This document shows, piece after piece, positions 37,895 to 48,904 of a stretch of 64,000 bases of DNA (the stretch's first letter is position 1; each line of letters starts with the position of its first letter). The DNA comes from Vicugna vicugna (lineage: Eukaryota), in NCBI GenBank assembly GCA_013265495.1, contig MU058241.1:1491249-1555248 (forward strand), read 5' to 3'. The position numbers and the translations under genes were made by a program. The notes below the pieces were generated by a model. The model was not told the origin of the DNA. It ran no database searches and saw only the letters and a program-made list of their open reading frames with translations.

Positions 37895-38516
37895 GGGAGG
37901 AGGGTCAGAATACAGCTCTCCCAAATATGCCCCGTTCACCGAAAGACCTCGTTTGAGCTACAGGCACTTGAGAACCATGAGATGCAGGGAGAGTTACCTG
38001 CCTAGAAGCAGGCGCACGTCAGGGAGACAGTGTCTCGTATCAAGAAAAACAAGATGAGTTTGTATAAAGAGAACTTACTAAAACAGCCTGTAACTTTTTT
38101 GAGGGAGGAGGTTAATTAGGGTTATTTATTTACTTTTAGAGGAGATACTGGAGATTGAACCCAGCACCTTGTGCATGCGAGGCATGCACTCTACCACTTG
38201 AGCTACACCCTCCCCCTAAAACAGCCTGCATCTTGCATTAGCTCATCACCCATTTCCTGGTTCCCACAATTTACCATCCCTTGGAGCCCAAACCATCTCC
38301 AATTAAAACAAAAAAGAAACAAACAACAACAAAAAAAACCAGTGTATAAGGCCTGGAGTCTAACCATTTCTTTGTGTCTCACTACTTTTCTGTGCACATA
38401 AATACCAATAAAAATGGTGTGTCTTTTCTCCTGTCCCTCTTTCTTCTGTTCTGTTTAATGCACACCCTCCCAGATTACGAACCTAAAATGAGAGAGGAAA
38501 AGTGTTTCTTCCCCAA
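37895..38516 (+). mobile_element. MER34/MER39-family solo LTR containing a SINE
   Basis: 'agggtcagaatacagctctcccaaatatgcc...tttgagctacaggcacttgagaa...aataaaaatggtgtgtcttttctcctgt...gagaggaaaagtgtttcttcccc'. Confidence 0.7.
38091..38215 (-). mobile_element. tRNA-Ala-derived camelid SINE with perfect 13-bp TSD
   Basis: TSD ctaaaacagcctg at 38078-38090 and 38216-38228. Confidence 0.92.
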
Positions 38517-39919
38517 AATTGAAAACGGGAAAGAAAATTAAACCGAGGGCCCTGCATGAGAGCAGTTTGAGGGGTTTTGTTTTGTTTGTTTGTTTTTTGA
38601 GGTTTCTAGACATCAGTAAATGCAAAATTTGTGATTAAAAAAAAAACCCAAAAAACTAAGACATCCAGGTTAATGAACTAAATCTAATTATTAGGAGTGC
38701 AAGATAATTGCTAATGGCATACAGTGGCCTGAGTTTTTCAAGACAAGGCAATAAGACAGGGTTACATCTGTAAATGGAGCTCACAGGACTGCCAACTGTT
38801 CCTTCAAAAAAAAAAGCCTCAAGCTGAGTTTACTCTTAAGCAAATTTACTCATCATAAGCATCAGTATATTAGAGAGACAATACAGTCTTAAGAGCTTAG
38901 AGTCAGTATTTAATGGGTTGAAAGTATTTGACTAGAAGGACGTGTTAATTAGATAACGGTATACTCCACACCCCTCGCCTTTCCAAACTTCGCTTTACGC
39001 CACTTTGCTTTTGAGAGAGACCTGAGACTGGTACCTGTTTTTGCCAATCGAAAGAAATCCTAACAGGATTCTCGATTTTACGAAAAAAAGGTGAAAAGCT
39101 AAGGTGTGTCCAGCATGTGCTTGGCTGCAGCCGTCACAGAGGCAGCTCGCACACCCAGTGGAGAGAGCGCGGCCCCCCAGAGCTCCTTCCCGTTTAACCA
39201 CACGCAGCATCTGAGCATCCTGCCGCCAGGGCTGTGGGCTGAGTCTGTGAGCACCTGTGCTTTGTGCTTACTTAGTGCCTCCGTTGGCAAGACGTGTCCT
39301 AAGGAACTGCTTCCCCACTTTGCACCGTTTTGGCTTACAAATGGTGTCTCAGGAACGCTCCACTTTTGGATAGGGGGAGAACCTGTCATCGCTGTGCTGT
39401 GTTCCCCACTGCGGTTGCCTCAAGGCTTCCTGCGGGAAGCACGTCCGTGGCTGACCACAAATGCACCTGCAGAGCAGAGCCTCGCAGGACAAATGGTCCG
39501 CGGTCTGTTAAGCTGGACGTATGGGCCAAGATCAGGCAGGATCCCTGGATGGGTGTGCTGCTCGAGGGGAGAGCACGTTTCAAAAAAAAAAACTGAAGAC
39601 AGTCCCAGGATTGGCAGGGCTCTGAAGGTTAGAAGGAAAGGGAAGGTAACGGACTGTTTCTTTATCCAGTGCCAGACACGGGCAAGCCTCCCAGGTATTG
39701 TTACCGAGGCTCCTGCCCCGGAACCAGACTTCTGCCCCTGCCTCCAGGAAAACTTGCAGGAACGGAAACCAACCATGTCTTCCAGCTGCGTTTACACCGC
39801 AGGACAAGGAGAGTCTAACCAAAGATAACCTGTGCAAGTCGGTTCAGCTCCAAAAGTGGACAAAGGTTGCCCTGCAGCGCATTACCACCTCATTATCATA
39901 GTAAGATCTCAGCTCGACC

Positions 39920-40585
39920 GTATGGAGAGTCCTCAAAAGACTAAACATAGACTTACCCTAGGATCCAGCAATCCCACTCCTGGGCATGTACCCAGAAGGA
40001 GCCCTACTTCAAAAAGACACCTGCACCCCAGTGTTCATAGCAGCACTATCTACAATAGCCAAGACATGGAAACTGCCTAAATGTCCATCAACAGATGACT
40101 GGATAAAGATGTGGTATGTATACACAATGGAATATTAGTCAGCCATAAAAACCGACAGCATAACACCATTTGCAGCAACATGGATGCTCCTGGAGAATGT
40201 CATTCTAAGTGACGTAAACCAGAAAGAGAAAGAAAAATACCATATGAGATCACTTATATGCAGAATCTAAAAAAAAAAAAAGGCAAACAAATTTACTTAC
40301 AAAACAGAAACAGACTCAGACATACAAAATAAACTTATGGTTACCGGGGTGGGGGGAGGGATAAATTGGCAGTGTGTGATTTGCAGATACCAACTACTGC
40401 ATATAAAACAGATAAACAACAAGGTCCTACTGTACAGCACATATTCAATATCTTGCAGTAACTTATGGTGAAAAAGAATGTGAAAACGAACATATGTATG
40501 TTCATGTATGACTGAAGCATTATGCTGTACACTAGAAAGTGACACAACATTGTAAACTGACTGTACTTCAATTTAAAAAAAAATA
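39920..40585 (+). mobile_element. L1 ORF2 end plus 3' UTR
   Basis: 'tatggagagtcctcaaaagactaaacatagacttaccctaggatccagcaatcccactcctgggc...ctgtacttcaatttaaaaaa'. Confidence 0.93.
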
Positions 40586-41292
40586 TATATATATACATAA
40601 AAAGAAATCCTTCAGTTCTTGTCATTGGTGGCTTTTATTTCGTCACTTGGAAAATCACACAAGCAAACACTGTGCGATGACGCTGACCTGTCGGGAAATT
40701 TCAGAAGGAGTCACTAACAAAATGGACTTCAAAGAGAAGCGGGCCATCTTGTTTTGAGGAAGTCAGTCTTGTAGGAAAATAGACATTTGCTACAATATTA
40801 CCTGCCTCCATCCCTCTTCTCCATTAGACAAGCAGCATGTATGTTCGATAGAGCTCTTGGCAGTTCTTGATACAGAGTTTACATATTAAAATCACCCGAG
40901 TAACCTCTGAAAAAAAATTACCAGGCGGCAGACCTCACCCCAGACGAGGCACTCCGAATGCTACAGGCGCCCAAACTACAACCAAGGTCAAGTCCAACCG
41001 CATCAATCTCTGACAGTGCTTTTTGCAGCCTTGCCTGCGCAACAGGAAACCACAAGCCTCTGATTGAAATTCAAGGCTCTGCACCGAGTTAACTGAGTCC
41101 TAAAAGGTTAGAATTCTGCACATTTCACAAGCACCCCAAGGTTATCCTTAGGATGAGAAGCATGTAGGAAGCACTACTTTAAGACGAATGGAGAGGGAAG
41201 AAGAAGAAGAAAAAAAAGTGATCAGCCATGAAGCTGCCAGCGATAAAAGACTCTCTGAGAGTCAAGCTGTTCTCTAAATACACTAACCCTCT

Positions 41293-41650
41293 TGCATTAA
41301 TTATCTATATTTGTGCAACAAATTACCATAAGCTTAGTGGCGTCAAGCAGCTCACGTCCATCATCTCAGGGTTCCTGTGGATCCGGAATCTGGGCGTGGC
41401 TTGGCTGGGTGTTCTGCTCTAAGCCTGAAATCAAGGTGTCGGCCACAGCTGTGTTCTCCTCCGAGGGTCACATGGGGGAGCATTCTCTTCTAAGGTCACA
41501 TGGTGGCCGGCGGAATCCAGCTCCTTGTGAACCAGAGGACTGAAGGCCTCAGCTTGTTAATGGCTGTTGGCTGAAGACGGCCCTCAGTTCCTCGCCATGT
41601 GGGCCCCTGAGACGTGGCAGCTGACTTCTTCAGAGCCAGCAAAGGAGGGA
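41293..41650 (-). mobile_element. MaLR LTR (MLT1F-like)
   Basis: 'caacaaattaccataagcttagtggcgtcaagca...ggaatctgggcgtggcttggctggg...tgaaatcaaggtgtcggcc'. Confidence 0.75.
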
Positions 41651-44274
41651 GGCTGTGAGCAAGAGGAAGTGGGACTTCGGGAACCAGCTTGGACTCTAAT
41701 GAACTGCCACCAAGGGGAGTCTACAGTCAACACCAGGGCTCATCCCAGCTCACCAACATAATAACCCCGACCTCTCCTGAGCTCTACGGATCCTCAACCT
41801 ACAGATCTGCCCAACGGGGTTAAAAATGGTATACGCTTTATAAAGTTCCTGTGACGGACATCTGAACCACTACTTGCAGTGAGCTTGGCCAAATGGCCAC
41901 TGCACATCATCTTCCCATAAATAGGAAGTTAGCACGGCCGTTATTTCTAGAAGACATTTGGTTATGCCATATTCAGGGCCCATTCTCTTGCCTGTCCAGT
42001 GTTCGCGGACAAGAGAACGTGCATTCTTGTACATGGGGGCGTATGAGGATGTGGCGGACGGACGGAGCAAGGGGCCTTCTTAAACGTGTCCTCAAAAACG
42101 CTTGGTATAAAATGAACAGCACTGAGCTCCTATCACATCTTTGCTTTCGGGGCTCAAAGCAGAATCACTCTTCCACGCAGCGTGAGGTACTGTCCCACAG
42201 AGAGCAGGTAACCGCCGTGCCCCAAGCACTGCGGTGTGTCCCATAACTGTAACAGAGGGAAGACCGTAATCTGTTAAGAGAGTGATGGCCAAGGCACTTC
42301 GTCAGTTCACAGGCCAAGAGAATCACTTGAGGCTGAAAGTCCCACGGAGGCAGCATCTCAGGAGAGCGCAGTAAATGAAACACATCAGTATTGGAAAGTC
42401 CATAAAAAGCAAGTTATTCAAATATCGATGGGTGAACGCATTATTTGGCTCAAAGGAGTAAAGTTCTGCTTGCTTTGCAAAATGATCCTGGACTCATCCA
42501 TGGCATCGCTCGGGGCTGGGGCTGAGCGTCTGCTAGAATCATTCCACAAGGGTGGCTGGACCCCCTCCTTCCACCCACAGTTTGGTTTAGAGAGCAAGAT
42601 GGTTGATGCCACAAACGTCAAGAATGCTTGGAAAGGTTTATCACTTGCATGATGAGGCTTTCTGGTATGGTATAAAAAGGCTCGAGAGAGCAGGGAAAGG
42701 AGACGAGAGCCTTTATGAGGTTAGGGCATGAGCCCGGGGTGAGGGTTCCTCCACAGGGGCTGGAGCTTGCACCGTTTAAACCTCCCACCATGAGCAAGGC
42801 GGGGACACCTGGGCGCCCCACCAGCTTGCCCGGGTGTGGACAGAAGGCGAAAGGGGACAGGTGGCCTTGGTAGTAGTCCGCAGCCCAATGTCAAGAGAAT
42901 GGAGTCACACCCTTTAGTTGAGGACCTTCCTTACACGAGTGGTCACAAGGATTCACCCGCTTGCCTGGGCTCACACGTCAAACCAACAACTCCAGAAACA
43001 AGCCAGAATCAGGGCTAAGCTTGCACCTGCTTTCCACTGAGAGCAGATCAGGAGAACCACGAAGGGTCCCCCCCTGCACGTGAGGTCTTGAAATGTATTT
43101 TCAAGGGTAGAACATTGAGGAGAAGTCGTAAAACCCCTGCCGACCACATCGGAGAAGGGGTGGGTGCAGAGACTGGAAATGTGAGAACAAGGGCTCACCC
43201 CACGACAAGATGTATGTCCTCATTCCCTGTTCTCGTGGTTGTAGCTGCAGATTAAACACAAGGATTCTATGTAAGGATTTCTTTTTTCAAAAAGGCTTTT
43301 TTTATGCCTCAAATTAAGCACAAGTATTCTCTGAAAGGATTTCTTTATAAATGTATGTGTGTGTGTGTGTGTTTTTCATGCCAGGGCTGTGAATTCCGTA
43401 CCTCCAGAGTAGACAGCTCAAGGCTCTTCATTATTACCCTTTTATTATTTAACAGTGATCATTATCACCTCTTCCTCTAAAAGAAAGCTGGCTTTCGTAC
43501 AGACTGTGAAGAATAATAGAAGTTTTCAGAAATGAGGGTCCTATGTTGAAGAGTCTCTCTCTTAGAAGAAGTAAACAAAGGTCAAGGATCATGGCCAAGG
43601 ACTTCGCTGTCCAAGGTGCCTCTCACCACCAGCCTTTCAATATGGGGGTGGGACCTTCAATTCTCATTCTCCAAAGCCCATTCATCTTTCTCAGCGGCCA
43701 AATCCAATTAGCCCACAAAAGTGTTAGAGATTTCACAGGGAAGATATGCTCTCTTGTAATTAAATCTCCTTTTTTCAAGACGTGAAAGGACCCTTTGAAT
43801 AAGCCTCAGGGGGAGAAACAGCGGGCCGTGTTTCCACTGTCCGAGAAGCGGTTTTACTTTCCTGCCAGTAGACACGCACGTGCGCAGATTCACAGGCATC
43901 CAGTCTGTGTGGGGCACTGGGTTTGGCAGGGGGAAGCCGACCAGTGATTAACCAGAGACACGGCCGGGCAAGCTCAGAGTGCCAAGAGGCACGTGGCACT
44001 AAAGGAGTCTGCATGGTGCCGACGTGAGCAGAAGCCAACTCAGACCGCTCCACGGATGAAACTCAGCTCATCGCCACCTGGTCCACAAGACTCTGCCTTC
44101 ATCAGGGCTTCCTGAACGCTCCCTTCTCTTCTTTATTACGGATGAACATTTGGGCTGCTGCTTGTTTGAGGGGCTTATAAACAGTACTGTTAAAAAAATT
44201 TTTCTTCTTTTCCATGTTGACAGTGAGAAAATGTGTGGACTTCCAAGTGCGGAACTGCTGAGTTTTTAGGGTAA

Positions 44275-44618
44275 ACATTCCACTTAAGTGAGGACCGACA
44301 AGCAATTTCCCCAGCTACCAGTTCATACCCCCTGATGGAGTTCCCGTTGCTCCATGTCTCCACCAACACTTGAAGTTGTCTTTTTTCATTTTAGCAGATG
44401 CTGGTGGTTGCATAGTGGTATCACACTGTGGTTTCAGTTTGTCTTTCCCTGATGAATCATAAACCCGGGAAGCTTTTAGTATGTTTATTGGCTATTTAGA
44501 CAATCTCCTTTTTTTCCCACCTTAACAGAGGATTGAACCCAGGACCTTGCGTACGCCAAGCACACACTTTACCACTGAAGTCTCTTTTTAAAGTGCCTAT
44601 TTCATCCATCTTTCAATT

Positions 44619-44695
<77 letters not shown>

Positions 44696-44790
44696 AGATA
44701 TGCGTTGCAACAACTTTCTCCAACTCTCTAACTGGCCTTCTCATTCCTTTACTGTTGTGTTTTGATGTAGACAAGTCGTAAATGTTTTTA
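44275..44790 (-). mobile_element. Old L1 ORF2 fragment with a partial SINE (about 44510-44580) and a (TA)n tract
   Basis: 'gagttcccgttgctccatgtctccaccaacacttg...tttttcattttagc...gtggtatcacactgtggtttcagtttg...tatgtttattggctattt'. Confidence 0.78.
44622..44692. repeat. Pure (TA)35 microsatellite
   Basis: 71-nt uninterrupted TA alternation. Confidence 0.95.
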
Positions 44791-46403
44791 TCTCTGATTG
44801 TGCTATAATCTGAATCTGCCTGGTGACTCCACTTTCCATCCACGGGTACTCAGAAGCACTCATTTCAGCCACGGTCTTCATTGAACGCATCCAAGATGCG
44901 TTTCCAACAAGTTGCACCTTGTATATTTGTCTATTTCAATCATCATACATAGAACAGGACCTCCACCTCGAAAGGACCAGCCTTCTTCATCATAGTAACT
45001 CTCTGGTTTCTACTTTTAGTAAATGTTAGTAACTCTTGGTTTCTATTTTTAATAAACGTGATGATTTAAGCAACACCAGTTGTTTAGTACAAAAAAAAAT
45101 TCAGCAGGAAGTTTACAGTATTTGAAATCATAGGATAATTTCATATCAAATGAGTTTCCTCTCGATGCACTAGCGGCCATTTTTGTTCAATAGATTAATC
45201 CCAAATTTACCTGAATTACTCATCACATTTACTCATTGAGCTGCAGTCAGTTTGCTTTTATTCAAGACATCTATCTGGGTTTGCCCCTAGGAAACTACCA
45301 TTAGGAATATGCTAGCTCTTGAAATGCTAGGTAAAGGCAGCATTTTCGCTGAACCTTTCACAATCAGGATGCTTGACAGCATAGTTAGAAGCTAAACTGC
45401 CCAGTCGGTGCAGTAGTGAATGGAGAAGACGAAACTGAAGGGTGGGGGGGAAATCTGAGCTGGTAACATCTCGCACAGGATAAGAACAGGGACTGACCAC
45501 ACTACTATTACGGTGACTACTGCTGCTGGTGACATCAAGGATCTGGGCGGGAAAGCACGGCACAGAGTCTTCTAAAGGCGACAGAAGGCAGAGAGGAAAG
45601 AAGCTGCAGTGATTAACATGCCCACCAGTTCCCCAGAGCAGCTGTCAATGAATGGCCATCACTCCGGGTTTAAGAAGTTGGCAAAGGGAGGAGAGGCTGG
45701 CTGGATTCAGAGGATAATAAACTCCACCAGCTGACAAGAGGCAGAGACAGAGAGAGAGACTTCAGGAAGAGGACAGGTTTCCATGATGAAATGGAGGATA
45801 CTGACGCAGTTTTATAAATGTCTGATACTCTCCAACTTCTCATCTTGGCATCACTCCTGTGGAACAGCTGCTGGCCGGCTCTGCCTGGATTAACGCTCAC
45901 CGAGAAGAGAGCCTGAAAGGGAAAATGCCAAGAGTCGGGCTGAAGTCGGTTTGGATCACAGGAAGGTTCCCGTCACTCCCGCAGGAACAGATCTGCCGTC
46001 CGTGAAATAGACCACATGAATTACATCTATTCAAACAGCGCTTCAAATAGGTCAGGTTTCAGAGACAGTCTACAACCGGGGTGAAGCTGAAAGATTTATT
46101 TTCTCTACAGAATGTTGGAAACCTCTCACAATGTGGTTAAATACAAAAGAACGCACCCTAAGAAATAAGTCCTGTCATTGTGGTCGGATCTCTGAACGGG
46201 CAGAGGTCGGAGCTGCGTGGCCCACAGACGCCCAGGGCGTCTTGTCCAAATGCAGGTTGTGATCCCCCAGGTCCAAGTTCTGTGCTCCTCACAAGCCCCC
46301 AGGGATGCCCATGCTGCTGCTCCGAAGACCCCATCTGGTGGGATAAGGCTCAGAGTCACCGGGGGTCAGCAGGCAGAGATCCGAATTCACGGTGCCATGT
46401 AGC

Positions 46404-47028
46404 TGTATTAGTTCCCTACCACGACTGTAACAGATCACTGAAGATTGAGCAGCTTCACTGAAACAGTGCCCGTGTACTAGTTGATGGCTTTGAGGGTCAC
46501 AAGTCCAGGAGGCTCCATGAAGTTCTCTGCTCAGGGTCTCCCAAGGGTGACATTAAGGTGCACACCGGGCTGGGTTCTTATCTGGAGCCTCTGGGGAGGG
46601 TCCCTATCCGAGCTCATTCCGCTGGTTGGCAGAATCCAGGCCCCTGCAGTTGCAGGACGGAGATCCCTGTTGTCTTTCTGGCCACACTTCCCACCTAGAG
46701 GCACCTCTTGGGTCCTGGAATGAAGTCGCCTGCATCTCAGAAGCACCGAGGACGCCTGGCTTCCTTCTCACGCCTCTGTATTTCTTCCTCTTCTGCTGCT
46801 GCTGTATGTCTCTGACTGACATTTCTGCCTTCGGGTCCGGACTTTAAAGAGATCAAGAGATTCAACAGAGCCCATTCAGATAATCCAGGATAATCTCCCT
46901 ACTTGAAGGCCAGTGGCTTTAATCACATCTGCAAAGTCCCTTTTGCCGTGGGATGCAACGTCTTCCCAGGTGCTGGGAATAAGGGCGTGGGACTCATTGG
47001 GCAGGCAGCCGTCCTTCTGCCTTCCACC
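46404..47028 (-). mobile_element. MaLR LTR (MLT1D/E-like)
   Basis: 'tgtattagttccct...cccattcagataatccaggataatctccctacttgaagg...ttaatcacatctgcaaagtcccttttgccgtg...gggaataagggcgtgggac'. Confidence 0.85.
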
Positions 47029-47194
47029 GTGCCTCACGGTGCCAAGCCATGACGACCTCGAGGTCCTTCTCCTCACTTCATCAGCGGGCAGGTGTGCATC
47101 AGTCCTCTGGGTTTACCCGAAGGACATGCAGACGCAGCATGCACGCACGCGCACACGGGTGCCCGCACACATGACAAGTGCCCTTTCACAGGGC

Positions 47195-47443
47195 ATCACT
47201 TTGCTTTGGCTGCCACAACCAGATGTCACAGACTGAAGGATTTAACAAACAGACATTTATTTCCTTATGGATATTTTTTTCATCACTTCTGTGCATGTCT
47301 GTGTCCCAGTGTCCTCTTCTAATAAGGACACCCAGCATTAGGGCTAGGACTTCATTACCTTTTTAGGGACCCCATCTCCAAATACAATCTTATTATTTTG
47401 CGGTCCTGATGAATTTTAGGGAGATGTAACTCAGCTGGTACCA
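47195..47443 (-). mobile_element. MaLR LTR fragment (MLT1A/B-like)
   Basis: 'cacagactgaaggatttaacaaacagacatttattt...tcctcttctaataaggacacccagcattagggc...gaccccatctccaaataca'. Confidence 0.7.
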
Positions 47444-47483
47444 TAGAGGAAGGGCCTTGTCAGTGACCTTGTCCCCATCACTC

Positions 47484-47609
47484 TTTTTTTTTTTTTTTGG
47501 TGAGGGGAGATAATTAATTTATTTATTTTTAGAGGAGGTGCTGGGGATTGAACCCAGGACCTTGTGTATGCTGAGCATGAGCTCTACCACTTGAGCTCTA
47601 ACTTCCCCC
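47484..47609 (-). mobile_element. tRNA-Ala-derived camelid SINE with TSD
   Basis: TSD cccatcactc at 47474-47483 and 47611-47620. Confidence 0.92.
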
Positions 47610-48303
47610 TCCCATCACTCATTATAGACTGCTTGTGACCAATTCTAGGCACCAACGAAACTGTCTTTAAAGCTGCACTCCCATTTGCATCAAGGAAGGA
47701 AGGCTTTTCCACCCTCAGTCACACTGCAGGTATCTCTGCTCTTTTCTCCTGCAAAAGGACCCCCTCCCCCTGTTGGGGACACAGGGAGGCTCTTAAAGAG
47801 ACGAGCCAGTCCCAGCAATAAATAAAAATAGACTCAGACCGAGTGCTTCATAATAGCTTTGCAAAAGACTTGAAACAGTTTCAATTATATGGTAGCGCAC
47901 GTTTCTTGAGAAGTGGGGCAATTTGTACTCGAGTTATTCTCTGATGTCAGATTACAGTACAAGGAAAGCCAATTAGCTGGAAAGGGCTTCTGAGGAAGCA
48001 GAGGAACAAAGGTAGCCATAAACAGAGAAGAGGACTCTCAAGTATTCAAATGCAAAGTCCTACAGCAACAGTCGGTAGCTTCTGTTTGTGTCAACATCGG
48101 ATGGATTTGCATAATCACGGACATGGATCTTAGGTTCTGTGTCAGCCGCCCGGATTGGTTCTGTCCTTCCTCTGAAGGAGGCTGCACACCCACCAGGCAT
48201 GAGGCCAGGGCTCTGAGCCCTTTCCCCCAGAGTGGAATCAAGTTGGCATGAGAGTTTGGGCCCTTGAGTGAGACCTGCTGTGTGTTTAAAGACAGATTCC
48301 AGT

Positions 48304-48450
48304 GGGGAGGGTACAGCTCTGTGGTAGAGTGTCTGCCTAGCATGCACGAGGTCCTGGGTTCGATCCCCAGCACCTCCATCCAAAATAAATAAATACATAA
48401 ATAAATAAACAAACCTAATTACCTCTCCCCCAACAAAAATTACAAAAAAT
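48304..48450 (+). mobile_element. tRNA-Ala-derived camelid SINE, copy 1 of tandem dimer
   Basis: Head and tail intact; flanked by aaagacagattccag. Confidence 0.93.
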
Positions 48451-48466
48451 AAAGACAGATTCCAGC

Positions 48467-48618
48467 GGGGAGGGTATAGTTCTGTGGTAGAGTGTCTGCC
48501 TAGCATGCACGAGGTCCTGGGTTCGATCCCCAGCACCTCCATCCAAAATAAATAAATACATAAATAAATAAACAAACCTAATTACCTCCCCCCCAACAAA
48601 AATTACAAAAAAAAAAAA
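48467..48618 (+). mobile_element. tRNA-Ala-derived camelid SINE, copy 2 of tandem dimer
   Basis: Near-identical to copy 1; flanked by aaagacagattccag. Confidence 0.93.
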
Positions 48619-48744
48619 AAAGACAGATTCCAGGGTTAGGGTTTGGATTGTGGGTAGAGACACCCACCAGCACGCACTGTTTGACCCTCAACCTTGTTAT
48701 TTTAGAAGGGGGCACTAACCAGCCGTCCTAACCAGCGGCCACTT

Positions 48745-48904
48745 GGGGCAGGGTAGAGCTCAGTGGTAGCGCACATGCCTAGCATACACGAGGTCCTGGG
48801 TTCAACCCCCAGGGCCTCCATCAAAAATAAATAAATAAATAAATAAATAACCCTCATTACCTCCCCCCTATAAAAAACACAAAAACAAAAACAAAAACAA
48901 ACCG
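48745..48904 (+). mobile_element. tRNA-Ala-derived camelid SINE
   Basis: TSD accagcggccactt (48731-48744) / accagctgtcactt (48905-48918). Confidence 0.91.

Noticed and set aside
39106..39828. Longest ORF (240 aa)
   Set aside because: Non-ATG start, no recognisable domain, GC-rich with overlapping ORFs on both strands; consistent with chance.
48304..48378. tRNA-Ala(AGC)-like sequences (this and the other copies) as tRNA genes
   Set aside because: Copies carry acceptor-stem insertions or mutations, and the full-length ones have a SINE-specific tail, poly(A) and usually TSDs; they are SINEs.
48038..48663. Duplicated peptides in the ORF track and an array-like repeat
   Set aside because: Antisense translation of the tandem SINE dimer; not a gene duplication or CRISPR array.
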